Below, piece after piece: positions 23,541-36,695 of a stretch of DNA of 42,965 nt. The DNA comes from Octopus sinensis. Its lineage: Eukaryota. The stretch covers positions 1-42,965 of the forward strand of contig NW_021835857.1 of the NCBI RefSeq assembly GCF_006345805.1. The letters run 5' to 3'. The notes under the pieces are model-generated. The model had not been told where the DNA came from. It searched no databases and was given only the letters and a program-made list of their open reading frames with translations. The translations under genes were made by a program, and so were the position numbers. The stretch's first letter is position 1. The number at the start of each line of letters is the position of its first letter.

Positions 23541-24108
23541 GGATAACTTTCGAATAATTAACTGTGAATAGGAATGGTTGAGTGATAATGAGATTCGCCT
23601 GGTAATCATGTTGTTTCATGTTCGCTTCCACTACATTGCATGGCACCTTGGACAGTTGTCTTTGCTAAAGCCACAGGTCGAACCATATACATACATATAT
23701 GTCTGTTTTGTTTAATTTAGTGTCAGTTCTTCATCGTCCCAGATATCGTTATCATTAGTAGCTTATGAATTAAGGAGTTTCGTTTTTGGATTTGTATTGC
23801 AAGATTCTTTATATGAGTTTGTGTGTTGAAGCATATTCTGTTGTGTCTGGGGAGAGTCGTTGCGTCTGGCAACCTTTTCAATAGTCATGACGCTTGAAAA
23901 GGTTGCAAGACGCAACGAAAATTTTAGGAAAATAAAAATAAGAAATAAGTGGAAATTTTACCGGTTTGTGTGTTAAATTATAAGGCATAAAAGGAAAATT
24001 ACTGTCCCCAGATACGACAGAATTAAGGAGTTGCTTTCTCTTTACTCCAAGCGAGTTAGTACACATTCTGTTGCTCAAATAATAATAGGTATGTAAATAA
24101 AAGTGTGT

Positions 24109-24415
24109 GAAAGCACATGGCCTAGTGGTTTCAGCAGCGGACTCACGGTCGAGGTATAGCGGGTTTGAATCTCAGACCGGCGATGTGCGTGTGTGTGTTT
24201 ATGAGCGAAACACCTAAGCTCCACGCGGCTCCGGCAGAAGGTAATGACAAGCTTCTGCCGACTCTTTCGCCACAACTTTCTCTCACTCTTTCCTCCTGCA
24301 TCTTGCATCTCACCTGCAACAGACCGGTGTCTCGTCCAGGAGGGAAACTTATACATCAATGAAACCAAGAAACCGGCCCTTATGAGCCAGGCATGGCTCG
24401 GGTAGGACCAAACAA
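24109..24415 (+). mobile_element. SINE family C
   Basis: catggcctagtggtt...gcggactc...gggtttgaatctc head; caactttctctcactctttcc body; ccggcccttatgagccaggcatggctcg tail. Confidence 0.8.
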
Positions 24416-25099
24416 AAGAAAAACTACAACAACTAAAAGTGTATCATGGATACTGAATTTATAAACTAATTATCAATGATTCAAAAACGTTTTGCTTTGT
24501 TATGTACGCATGGATGTATATGTGTATTTAAAAAAAATTGATCTTGTCCTGGTAGGATTCTAGCTCGGAGCTCAGAATGTTGGTACAAATATCACGAAAC
24601 ATTTTATATTAACACTCAAACGTCTCATTTAACTTACCGCTTTAATCAAATATGCAAATAAATTAGAAGCAAAACTTATACACCATCTTAATGTCATTAC
24701 TCTTAGCTCATTTAGTTATATTAAAACAGCTGTAACTACTTTCGACAACACTTGTACGATTCTCAGTTCTAGTCTGTTTGTCAAAGTATAACATGACAGC
24801 AACCTTGGACTTGTGCAATAGGGAAGTTAGGTTGCAGGTTTCCCTTAATTAAGGGTTATATCAAGTTACATTACAGTTACCTCGTTGACATTTAGACATG
24901 AAACCTAGTGTCACACGTTGAATTTTAGAACTTTCAAACCAAATTTTATCTCCTATCGAATGAATTAACGCATTCTTTGTAAGTGTCGCCGAGTAATATA
25001 TTGTTAGTTACATTGTGTGTATATAAAAGCATTAATTGGATTTTTGAAAGGGAGATTCATTGGAATAATATCTGATTACCTTTCTGCGATAGACATACC

Positions 25100-25300
25100 A
25101 GGCAGCGAGATGGCAAAATCGTCAATACGTCGGATAGAATGCATAACGGTTCTTTCATCCGGTTCTTTTGGTTCTATGTTCAAATTTCGCTGAGGTCAAC
25201 TTTGCTTATAAGAGCACTTCAGGACCGATTGAATAAAGTACAATCAAGCACTGAGGTCGATGTAATCGACTTGTTCCCCCTCCCCTCAAAATTGTTAGCC
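25100..25300 (+). mobile_element. Old SINE family A-related copy
   Basis: ggcagcgagatggcaaaatcgt...gttcaaatttcgctgaggtcaactttgc...gaggtcgatgtaatcgact. Confidence 0.65.
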
Positions 25301-25439
25301 TTTAACTCTGCAACGGACCGACATCCTGGTTATTGGGGAAATATAAACTCGTTCACTTAAACTCCATGCAAACCTAGTAACTGGCCAAACTGTTTTTTTT
25401 TCTTTACTGTAGGCCCTGTATATGTGTATATATATATAT

Positions 25440-25845
25440 GGTGTGGCCGTGTGGTAAGAATTTTGCTTCTCAAACACATGCTACCTAGTTCAATCCCATT
25501 GCATGGCACCTTGGGGAGGTGTCTTTTCTTATAGCCTCGGACCGGCCAAAGCCTTGGGACCAGAATTGATCCGTATATAGATAGAAGCACTATATATATA
25601 TGCATGAATTATGTATCTGTGTGTGTCTTTGTGTCTGTGTTTGTCCCCACCATCACCATTTGACAAACGGTGTGTTTACGTCCCCGTAACTTAACGGTTC
25701 GGCAAAAGTGAACGATAGAATAAGTACAAGGCTTAAAAAAAGAAGTCCTGGGGTTGATATGGGTGACTAAAATCCTTCAAGATGGTGCTCCAGCATGGCC
25801 GCAGTCAAATGAGTGAAACACATAAAAGAATAAAAGAAAAGAATA
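25440..25845 (+). mobile_element. SINE family B, diverged
   Basis: gtgtggccgtgtggtaag...gatggtgctccagcatggccgcagtcaaatgagtgaaac. Confidence 0.85.
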
Positions 25846-25860
25846 CATACATACATGCCT

Positions 25861-26290
25861 GTGTGTGTGTGTGTATGAGTGTGTGTGTATGAGTGTGTGT
25901 GTATGTGTGTGTGTGTCAGTGTGTGTGTATGTGTGTGTGTGTGTCAGTGTGTGTGTATGAGTGTGTGTATGTGTGTGTGTGTCAGTGTGTGTGTATGAGT
26001 GTGTGTGTATGTGTGTGTGTCAGTGTGTGTGTATGAGTGTGTGTGTATGTGTGTGTGTGTCAGTGTGTGTATGAGTGTGTGTGTATGTGTGTGTGTGTGT
26101 CAGTGTGTGTGTATGAGTGTGTGTGTATGTGTGTGTGTGTGTCAGTGTGTGTGTATGAGTGTGTGTGTATGTGTGTGTGTGTGTCAGTGTGTGTGTATGA
26201 GTGTGTGTGTATGTGTGTGTGTGTGTCAGTGTGTGTGTGTCAGTGTGTGTGCGTGTGCGTGCGCATGTGTGTATGTGTGTGCATGTGTTG
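25861..26290. repeat. (GT)n-derived minisatellite, unit cagtgtgtgtgtatgagtgtgtgtgtat(gt)n of 38-42 bp
   Basis: cag anchors at 25917, 25945, 25983, 26021, 26061, 26101, 26143, 26185, 26227 and 26241. Confidence 0.9.
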
Positions 26291-27260
26291 AATAAAAAAT
26301 TTGCAACAAAATAATCACATTGAACATGGTTCAAAGAAGGCAGTCGTTTTGATCCCTTGCCGTATTTGTTCAATTTTTTCCGCTCTCTGAATTGAAACTT
26401 CGCAGCCGAATTCCTTTTTCGTGCTTTCTATATCGATAAATAACGTAACAATCAATTAACGAGGTTTTTCTCTGTCTGTCTGTTTGTCTGTCTCTGTCTC
26501 TGCATGTTTCTTTCTCTCTTTCTCCTAGTCGGTTCCACTAAAAATGGCTAAGAAGGAAGCATTCACGTCCTGTCCAAATCAATCCTTTCACCACCATTAC
26601 AACCACCATCACCACAACGTACAGCATGTATCTAACCACCCTATATTTTAGCTAACGCGAGAAAATTGGATATACGTTTTATTAATGTCGCTTTCTCGCA
26701 TAAATACATACGTATGCATACAAATATGCATGTAAATGCGCCTATGCATATATGTGTGTGTATGTGTATGTGTGCATCTCTCGTAGTCGTGCTGTTAAAC
26801 TCTCACACCCATCGCTAATGAGTTTCAAAGAATTCGGTAGATTTTCTTTGAAGTCGACGAATCTAATTAAGACAAATTTAGATATTTATTAACCTTTGAT
26901 GGTTTCATATTCTATTTGCTTCTGTAAACATCTTTTGAAATAGACCTCACCCTCTCTATCACAGCTTTTCTCCTCCTCACTCTATGGACTGCGGCTGTTT
27001 AAAACCACCACCTCCACTACCACCACCACCGCCGCCGCCGCCACTTCTACAGCTACTAACGTCTTCTCTCCGTTATTACATATTCTATTTCAGTGTTATT
27101 TTTTACAGCTTTAGTATTGCATCAAACACAACTACGCATTTTCTGTCTATGATAAAAACTTAATTTTCCTAAGGCCTTTTAATTGATATAAAACAAAATT
27201 TCAGCAACTTGGGACATTTGAACACTAACAAGCCTGCCATGCACACTATACACTTTACAT

Positions 27261-27424
27261 AGGCGTAGGAGTGGCTGTGTGGTAAGTAGCTTGCTCACTA
27301 ACCACATGGTTCCGGGCTCAGTCCCACTGCGTTGAGCCTTGGGCAAGTGTCTTTTACTATAGCCTCGAGCCGACCAAAGCCTTGTGAGTGGATCTGGTAG
27401 ACGGAAACTAAAAGAAGCCCGTCG

Positions 27425-27487
<63 letters not shown>

Positions 27488-27713
27488 GTGTGTGTATATG
27501 TTTGTGTGTCTGTGTTTGTCCCCCCACCAACATCACTTGATAACCGATGCTGGTGTGTTTACGTCCCTGTAACTTAACGGTTCGGCAAAAGAGACCGATA
27601 GAATAAGTACTAGGCTTACAAAGAATAAGTCCTAGGGTCGATTTGCTCGACTAAAGGTGGTGCTCCAGCATTGCTACAGTCAAATGACTGAAACAAGTAA
27701 AAGAGTAAAAGAG
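27261..27713 (+). mobile_element. SINE family B, full length, internal (TATC)n
   Basis: aggcgtaggagtggctgtgtggtaagtagc ... gtaaaagagtaaaagag. Confidence 0.95.
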
Positions 27714-28073
27714 TATAGTGCATTTCAGATTTTTTAAATTATAGCAACAATGTTGCTTACTTGCTTAAAGTGTGATGACAGCGTCGATCCAGCCCATCTA
27801 TTTTCCTCCGCATCCTACGCATTGTTTCTCGTGGCAGACAAGGCCGATACGAGATAGGTAGATCCTGTGACACCGAAGGTGCTGAAACCGAACCCGAACA
27901 ACAGCCGCAGTGAGTTGATGACGACGTCTACTCCTCTCTTCACGGAGTCTCTCGCGTTAGGTTTCTAAACACTCTACTCCAGCATCACACGGGGGTCTCC
28001 ATGCCTTCCGATTAACAGCCAAGGTCGCCAACCGATCGGGTGGGACATAGTTTATATGTGTCTTTATGTATCT

Positions 28074-28308
28074 ATTTCTTTACTACCCACAAGGGGCTAA
28101 ACACAGAGGGGACAAACAAGGACAGACAAACAGATTAAGTCGATTATATCGACTCCAGTGCGTAACTGGTACTCATTTAATCGACCCCGAAAGGATGAAA
28201 GGTAAAGTCGACCTCGGCGGAATTCGAACTCCAGGACGTAACGGCAGACGAAATACCGCTAAACATTTTCGCCCGGCGTGCTAACGTTTCTGCCAGCTCA
28301 CCGCCCTT
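28074..28308 (-). mobile_element. SINE family A, full length
   Basis: Complete monomer. TSD-like tgtgt(c/a)tttatgtatct at 28057-28073 and 28323-28339. Confidence 0.93.
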
Positions 28309-28367
28309 ATTATTATTTTTTTTGTGTATTTATGTATCTGCTTACATAACTTGCTTATGGATGATTA

Positions 28368-28877
28368 CCGTAAATCCTCGAGTATAATCCGCATTTCCCC
28401 CCAAAATTTAAAGGTCAAAATCCCTAGTGCGTACTATATACTAGGTTAAAGATGAAAAATATTTTCTAAGTAATATCCGAGTCTCTATTTGCTGTCCGGC
28501 GATGTTTATTCAGGCGCATTTTGTGATGTCGGGCCCGAAGATACCTTAAGCTACGCCTGAAAGCAATGAAGTCATAAAAGAATCATCCATAACTTGCAGT
28601 AAGCAACATTTATTAAAATAAAGGTATTCAGATCACAGAATAACATGTCGCAAAAACAATTTGCAAACATATTTACATTCCCATATAACAGTTAAGAACA
28701 TCACCATTATTGTATTACCCATGCGTGGAAGTGTTTGTTCGACTAGGTGCTGCTGGCTTAATTACGCACGACTCAAGTTAGAGAAGAGGTACGTATTATA
28801 CACAACGTTTAGGTTTTTTCAGAAGTACAATCCCTGCGTATTATACTCAAGGGCGGACTTTATTCGAGGATTTAGGG
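28368..28877. mobile_element. Non-autonomous pogo/Tigger-like MITE (~510 bp)
   Basis: TA then ccgtaaatcctcgagtataatccgc; the other end gcggacttttattcgaggatttaggg is an imperfect reverse complement. No ORF. Confidence 0.7.
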
Positions 28878-28904
28878 CACTTTATATATCTGGCATTCCG
28901 TCGA

Positions 28905-29045
28905 TTTCTCTCACTCTTTCCTCCTGCATCTTGCAGGTCACCTGCGAGGGACCGGCGTCCCGTCCAGGTGGGGAAACTATACGCCAAGGAAACCGTGAAA
29001 ACCGGCCCTTATGAGCCGGGCATGGCTCGAGAAGGAACAAACAAT
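28905..29045 (+). mobile_element. SINE family C, 3' half
   Basis: tttctctcactctttcctcctgcatcttgc...ccggcccttatgagccgggcatggctcgagaaggaac matches 24270-24410. Confidence 0.85.
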
Positions 29046-29056
29046 ATTATATATAC

Positions 29057-29103
<47 letters not shown>

Positions 29104-29289
29104 TGTGTGTGTGTGTGCGTGCGTGTGTGTGTGTGTGTTTGTGTGAGTGTGTGTGGTGGGAGAGAGAAACAGGGGGGAATGAGATATATGCATTTGTATT
29201 TATATATGTGTGTGTGTATATATATACATACGTACATATACACACACATATATTTCTCCTCTCTCTCCATATTTATATAGACATGTATA

Positions 29290-29342
<53 letters not shown>

Positions 29343-29559
29343 GTATATATATATATGTATATGTATATATGCATATATATGTATTTCCATGTGCATATTG
29401 ATATGTTAATACATGCACACATGTAAACATAGAAACATATGCATATTCACACGCGTTTGCACATACACACACATGTATGTAGGTATGTATGTATGCATTC
29501 ATGTAGTAATCTTTAATTCAGACTCGTTTCTTTTTTTTTTTTTTACTCACCATTTTTTA

Positions 29560-29700
29560 TTCTCTTCTCATTCCTTTCTGTAGCAGAGCTTAGGTTCGAA
29601 ACATTGAATTCTTCTTCCATTTTTTTCTGATCGTTAAACAAATACACTCTTTTGTTCTTTTACCTGTCTGCATCGTTTTGTATAATTTTTGTATAATTTT
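29560..29700 (+). mobile_element. Penelope-like fragment, degenerate
   Basis: ctgtagcagagcttaggttcgaaacatt is similar to the 17939 motif. Confidence 0.4.
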
Positions 29701-29720
29701 TGTATATTTTGTGTATATAT

Positions 29721-29999
29721 ATTCTTTTATTCACAGATATGTTTCAGTCATTTGACTGCCTCCATTTTGGAGCACGACCTTAAGTCGAACAAATCGACAC
29801 CAAGGACTTATTCTTTGTAAGCCTAGTACTTATTCCATCGGTCTCTTTATTCGACTAGCTAAGTTACGGAGACGTAAACACACCAGCATCGGTTGTCAAG
29901 CGATGGTGGAGGGGACAAAGACATACACACAAAGATATATATGTATCTATCTATCTGTCTATATATCTATCTACACACACACACACAGACATACACACA

Positions 30000-30043
<44 letters not shown>

Positions 30044-30205
30044 ATATAGGACGGGGTTCTTTCAGTTTTGTGTACCAAATCCAGTCACAAGGCTTTGGTC
30101 GGTCAGAGGCTATAGTAGAAGACATTTGCCCAAGGTGCTACGCAGTGGAACTGAACCCGGAACCATATTGTTGGTAAGCAAGCTACACACAGCCAACCTG
30201 CGCCT
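29721..30205 (-). mobile_element. SINE family B, full length
   Basis: Head aggcgcaggttggctgtgtgtagcttgcttacc; tail hairpin cagtcaaatgactg. Confidence 0.9.
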
Positions 30206-30277
30206 ACATACATACATACTTACATATATATATATATATATGCATATACATACATTCATATATATATATATAGATAG

Positions 30278-30327
<50 letters not shown>

Positions 30328-32060
30328 AGAGAGAGAGGAGTTGGAGAATATCATGTTTTGTATCAACAGACAAATGAGTAGAAACGGAAAGAAAATGTAT
30401 GTATGTCCTGTGTATCTTTGTGTTGTGAGAATGTGTTCCTATGCGGTATGTCGTATAAAAATTATAAATCAAAAGAGATAGAGAGTGATATAATGAGAGT
30501 GAGTAAGAGACAGTAAGTGATAAAGAGAGAAAGAGAGGGGGGAGAAAGAAAATGCCTGACAATGATCGTGCAAAACTATTAGAGACGAAAAACGAAAAGG
30601 AAGATACAGACGATAAAAAGTTTTTCCTGGGAAAAACACTCTACAGAAATGTAGCAGTATAATCATGTGTATCTATGTATTGATGTATATATATATGTAT
30701 GAATACATACACCATTCACACATAGTATGCATAAGCACGCATATATAAAAAATTATATATGTATATATATACATTTATATATGTGTGTATGTGTATATGA
30801 ATGATATAATTTACTATAATACATATGCCTGCATGTAGACATACATATATATATATATATTATATATATATATATATAGATATATGCGTGCTTTTACATA
30901 CTATGTGCGAATGAAATATATATATTATATATATATATATATATATGTATGGATAGATAGATAGATAGGTCGATAGATTTATATATATATATATATATCA
31001 TATTTATAATATAAATCTAACCATCTATCTATATATAGATAATAGATAGATAGATAGATAGTTAGATTTATATGTATATATATAATATTATAGTATATAT
31101 ATATATTATATAAATATAATATATATATACTTGCATTTATATAATAAAAATATATGTATATGTATATATGTAATAATATAAGTATATATATATCTACATG
31201 TGCACACCACCACGCGCGCCACACACACAGATATATATTATATATATATATATATATATGTTTTACATACATACTTTAGCACACCGGTATATACACACGC
31301 GCATATATCTAAAAAGGAGAGTGTACGTAGGAAAAGAATAGAAAGCAAAGTGGAAAAGAAAGATATCCGAATAGATAAAATAGAATAAAAAGTAACAAAA
31401 AAAAAAAACGTTGGGAAATGCTTAATTCTTTCATGTTATTTTCCCAAATGTATTTTTTTTTACCCCCTTCTATCTTTCGTGCATACACACAACCCACATC
31501 CGACCGTACACCACTTATAAATCAAACACTGTGATCTTTAATTTGCCATAAACGTACATATATGATGGGTAGAGTGTATATGAAAAATATATTTACAGGT
31601 TTTCTACTGCACTCTTGGCACACCCAATAAACAATATGATTTTTCAAAGGAAAATGCTCTTCAAAGGTTCCGAATTTTCGTTGGTAGTTTAATTAACGAT
31701 AATATTTTGACGAGTAAAATAACAATGTTATTTTGTCCGATTGAAGACATAAAAAGATATAAATTGAATATATTTACACTATTAATTTAGTATTCCCCAA
31801 AAACATTCGCTTTTCTTGTGGTATGATTACCCAAGTAGAGTAAACATTTCCACCGATTGTTTTTGCGTTAAGTGGGAGAGGCAGACAAAATGGCCAAGCA
31901 GATATGTTTTCTCCTTTAATTCTCTTAGTGGTTTCAAATCGTGGACGGTGGCCAAAATTGTAGGTACTGTTCCCATCAGTCTCAGCATTTTACATACATA
32001 CGTACACACATACATACATACATACATACATACATACATACATACATACGTAAAATAAAC

Positions 32061-32362
32061 GTCACCCTTTTCAAGCCTAGCCACGCTCATGGGCCCGGTT
32101 TCTCGGTTTCTATGGTGTATGTGTTCCCCCCAGCTGGACGGGACGACAGTCTATCGCAGCGTTACTCAAGAAACACGAAGAAAGAGTGAGAGAAAATTGA
32201 GGCGAAAGAATACAACAGGGGTTGCCACAAACCACTGCCGGAGCCTCGTGGAGCTTTAGGTGGTTTCGCTCAATAAACACACACAATGCCCGGTCTGGTA
32301 ATCGAAACCGCGATTCCGACCGCGAGTCCACTGCCCTAACCACTGGGCCATCGCACCTCCAC
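32061..32362 (-). mobile_element. SINE family C
   Basis: Head gaggtgcgatggcccagtggttagggcagtggactcgcgg...ggtttcgattacc; body aacacctaaagctccacgaggctccggcag. Confidence 0.8.
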
Positions 32363-32738
32363 ACATACATACATACATACATACATACATACATACATAC
32401 ATACATACATACATACATACATACATACATACATTTAGAAATGAATCTCAATGAACTGAGGTACTTTCAGATCAGTAATGCTAACGTCCTTGACATTGTC
32501 CCTTCAATTAATCTGAAAACAATGCGTTCCAGCACTAAACCGTTTACTAGGCATGAGCAATCTTTCTCGAGAAAAATTAACCTCGTTTCATCATCAGGCA
32601 TGCGAAACTATCAAAGAAAATTCAAAGCAATTTTTGATTAGGTGTACCATTCAGAAAATATCTCTTCACGAGACACAGTTTGCCTATAGCTAGCATATAC
32701 TAACCAAACTCTTTGGCTTTTCTTTCTTTCCAGGAATA

Positions 32739-33140
32739 CAGGGTATGCCGTAAAGAATTCCCGATTGATTTCTGGTCGTAACATTTTCTAAAGGGCATAA
32801 AAACAAACGAGTTCTTAAGGATTTAATTAAATATGATATAACGTATTAAGAAATGCTTCATTCAATACGCCCGCCTTTAGCCTTGACAATCGCCCGAAGA
32901 CTGCTGAGAACAGAACCACATGAACGCCAGACGACTTATTCACTTAAACGATCTCATAATGCGACTAAGGCTTTTTGCTGAGCGGCGATGTTTGAGCCCA
33001 CCAGACCACACCAGACAAGACAGCAGCAAGATCATGCACTCGAACGGTGTTTCCTGTTTTTCCGTACACTTCAGCTCATTCGTTGTTCTGTGGCCTCACA
33101 CGAACAGACACTCTCATTCATTCAGAGCAGAATATTTAAG
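32739..33140 (-). mobile_element. Tc1/mariner-superfamily relic: transposase C-terminus plus one TIR
   Basis: Minus strand ...VVWRSCGSVLSSLRAIVKAKGGRIE* (TGA at 32860-32858); TA followed by cagggtatgccg at 32737-32750. Confidence 0.7.
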
Positions 33141-33158
33141 AAGTGGCGATCTATATAT

Positions 33159-33392
33159 CTGTTTCTTTATTGCCCACAAGGGGCTAAACATAGAGGGGAC
33201 AAACAAGGACAGACAAACGGATTAAGTCGATTACATCGACTCCAGTGCGTAACTGGTACTTAATTTATCGACCCCGAAAGGATGAAAGGCAAAGTCGACC
33301 TCGGCGGAACTTGAACTCAGAACGCAACGACAGACGCAATACCGCTAAGTATTTCGCCCGGTGTGCTAACGTTTCTGCCAGCTCGCCGCCTT
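33159..33392 (-). mobile_element. SINE family A, full length
   Basis: Complete monomer aaggcggcgagctggcagaaacg...gtgggcaataaagaaacag. Confidence 0.95.
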
Positions 33393-33752
33393 TATATCGA
33401 GTAAAGCAACGATCGCCTAAGGTGGTACATGATTCAAGTATTTGATGCTGCGAGATAGGTATCTTACGAGATAGCTATCTTACAGAACCGGTTGCAAAAT
33501 GAAAGCAACTCGTGCCACCGATAAACCGACGACATTTCTTATCAACAACATCAAAGCAAAGATAATTGAAGTGACAGGTGAATCAGTCTCAGCGGCACAG
33601 TTGTGACGACGAATTAGTCGAACAGTCATAAGCAATAATGCTATTATTATTGCTTTCTCGTATATCAATGGAGTGTCTAAATAGGGATGGCTCCACCCTC
33701 CTTTATATATATGGAAACAATATTTCTTTGTGTATGTATGTACGTATATACA

Positions 33753-33824
<72 letters not shown>

Positions 33825-33840
33825 GATCTATCTATCTATC

Positions 33841-34248
33841 TCTTTACTCTTTTACTTGTTTCAGTCATTTGACTGCGGCCATGCTGGAGCACCACCGTTA
33901 GTCGAGCAGATCGACCCCAGGACTTATTTATACTTTGTAAGCCTAGTACTTGTTCTATCGGTCTCTTTCGCCGAATCGCTAAGTTTCGGGGATGTAAACA
34001 CACCAGCACCGGTTGTCAAACGATGCAGGGGGAACAAATACAGACACACAAACACATACACACATATATGCACAAAAACATATTTATACGACGGGTTTCT
34101 TCCAGTTTCCGTCTATCAAATCCGGTCACAAGGCTTTGGTGGGCCGAAGGCTATAGTAGAAGACGCTCAAGATTCCACGCAGTGGGACTGAACCCGGAAC
34201 TATGTGGTTGGTAAGCAAGCTACTTACCATACAGCCACACCTGCGCCT
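33841..34248 (-). mobile_element. SINE family B, full length
   Basis: Head aaggcgcaggtgtggctgtatggtaag; tail gtaaaagagtaaag. Confidence 0.92.
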
Positions 34249-34280
34249 TGATATATATTCTTTTATACCTTTACTGAGTA

Positions 34281-34483
34281 TGGCCATGCCGGAGCACCAC
34301 CTTTAGTCGAACAAATCGACCCCAGGACTTATTATTTGGAAGCCTAGTACTTATTCTATCGGTCTCTTTTGCTATCGATTTCTTTTGCGGAGCCCCTAAG
34401 CTACGGGGACGTAAACACACCAACATCAGTTGTTGAACTATAGTGGTGGGGACAAACACAGACACACAAATACATACGCACGC

Positions 34484-34516
<33 letters not shown>

Positions 34517-34708
34517 CACACAGACACACACACACACACACATATGACGGGCTTTTTTCAGTATCCGTCTACTAAATTCACTCACAAAGCTTTGGTCGGC
34601 CTGTGGCTGCAGTAGAAGACATTTTGCCCAAGGTGCTACGCAGTGGGACTGAACCCAGGACCATGTGGTTGGGAAGCAAGCTTCTTACCCCTCAGCCACG
34701 CCTGCACC
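34281..34708 (-). mobile_element. SINE family B, directly adjacent to the previous copy, internal (TG)n
   Basis: Same orientation, about 30 bp apart. Confidence 0.9.
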
Positions 34709-34831
34709 ATATACATATCTTTTTAATTTGTTCATAGGAAACATTTTGAATATGCTCATACAGCTCCTATTCTATTATGCCGGCCTCGAACCAGTTTTGG
34801 GGGTTGTATCGAACTGTACCGAATAATATAG

Positions 34832-34952
34832 AATAAATATAATAACAACAATCCTTAGATGGAATTTATAAGCAATTTAATGCATCGGTACGCCCAGCAA
34901 TGCATTAAATGTTTATAAACTCCATCCAAATATTATTGTTATTATATTTATT
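34832..34952. repeat. Imperfect inverted repeat, about 54-bp arms, 14-nt loop
   Basis: 34832-34885 versus 34900-34952: 6 mismatches and 1 gap. Confidence 0.85.
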
Positions 34953-35065
34953 AATAATAGCATTTTATAAGCTTAAAGCTTATGGCGATCCCTGTGCAAT
35001 GACTAAAGGAAATAGTCTATTAATGGGGCATATAAGCCCTCGACTGAAAAAATAGAGTGGGTTTT

Positions 35066-35140
35066 CCCATACGCGTGAGACTTGAACCCAATCCTCTTGG
35101 TTTACGTGACAGAGTAGGATACCGATTACACTAGCGACCC
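35066..35140 (-). pseudogene. Degenerate tRNA-Asp(GTC)-like sequence or SINE head
   Basis: gggtcgctagtgtaatcggtatcctactctgtcacg...gggttcaagtctc: A-box-like, ctgtcac anticodon loop, B-box-like. The cloverleaf is broken. Confidence 0.5.
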
Positions 35141-35548
35141 TACCAACTTGCTTCTGTCAGATTTAAGAACTATAATTAGTTTCCGGTGCATCAAAGACGT
35201 CGGTCTGTGATTGGCTGAAATTCTCCTCAAATTTCTATCGTAAAATGTTCGCAATTTAAATTTAAATTTTAATTTAACGTCTGCATTGATATGGTTATGA
35301 TTTTCATAATTAGCCTGCGAAGAAATTTTCCGAAAGATCGGATCTGGTGTTCGAAACCCAGAAGATATGTTTTACATCTCCTCCACCCTCACGCCCACCC
35401 CATTCGCAAAAACAGATATGTGTATGTATTTGTGCATATCTGTCTTTCCCGTAGCTGAGCGGTTCGGTAAAAGAGATTGATAGAATCAGTACCCATTTAA
35501 AATGAACTTTGTGTGCGGATATATGCAAGAATATAGATGTGTATGTTT

Positions 35549-35795
35549 ATTCTTTTATTCTTTGATTTGTTTCAGTCATTTGACTGCGGCCATGCTGGAG
35601 CACCGCCTTTAGTCGAGCAAATCGACCCCAATACTTATTCTTTGTAAGCTTAGTACTTATTCTATCGGTCTTTTTTGTCGAACCGCTAAGTTACGGGGAC
35701 GTAAACCGCTCCACCATCGGTGTCAAGCGATGTTGGGGGCACAAACACAGGCACACAAACATATACACACATACATACATACATACATACATACA

Positions 35796-35826
<31 letters not shown>

Positions 35827-35991
35827 TATATATATATATATATATATATACGATAGGCTTCCTTCAGTTCCCGTCTACCAAATTCACTCACAAGGCTTTG
35901 GTCGGTCCGAGGCTATAGTAGAAGACACTTGCCCAACTTGCCACGCAGTAGGAATGAACCCGGAACCATGAATTGGTAAGTAACCTACTTA

Positions 35992-35997
<6 letters not shown>
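35549..35997 (-). mobile_element. SINE family B, internal (TATG)n
   Basis: Body and tail clear; head partly replaced by (CA)n. Confidence 0.92.
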
Positions 35998-36033
<36 letters not shown>

Positions 36034-36451
36034 TTATACACATATACAAACACATACACACAATACACACATGTACGTACATACACCTACACATACGCAT
36101 AGAATGCTTGCGGGTACACTTCCTGTTTAGAATTGCTGTAACAAGCAATTCCTATCGCATTATTGGGCGTTCAAGAGAGTTCATGTTTAGGGCGAGAAAC
36201 AATCATTATAACGACTGCTTAATAAGATTTGCTCGGATGTAATAAACCTGTCATCTACTAGGTTCAAAGTTAATACAGGGAGCTCTAAGGAAGCATACGT
36301 TTATAACCCATAAACATCTCGTATACTTGGAGAATACAGACTCTGTTTCATGGATTAGTCACCTAATTAGCGATAATGAATCTGATGTCTCGTGTTTTAA
36401 GTTCAAATCTCTTCCAGGAGAATGCCATATCTTTTTACATGTTTATGTTCC

Positions 36452-36490
<39 letters not shown>

Positions 36491-36657
36491 AGAGGCACAC
36501 ACTGACACATATGCATACATATAGCAATATCCTCTTAGAAACGTATGTAGATATACGTATATGAATGTATGATGTATGTGTGACTTTCTGTTTACATGGG
36601 CAATAATGTCTCAGTAATTCTCTCCAACGCTTATCTACATGAGTATGTGTGTGTATG

Positions 36658-36695
<38 letters not shown>

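Noticed and set aside
31929-31963. Candidate micro-exons on + (also 13661-13684 and from 12406)
   Set aside because: Acceptable AG acceptors but weak or absent donors and no recognisable peptide; expected by chance in 43 kb. Needs RNA-seq.
33540-33660. KIIEVTGES..L*RRISRTVISNNA, faintly like the C-terminus of CRE/R2-type elements
   Set aside because: Low similarity over about 30 residues with a stop; cannot be supported without a profile search.
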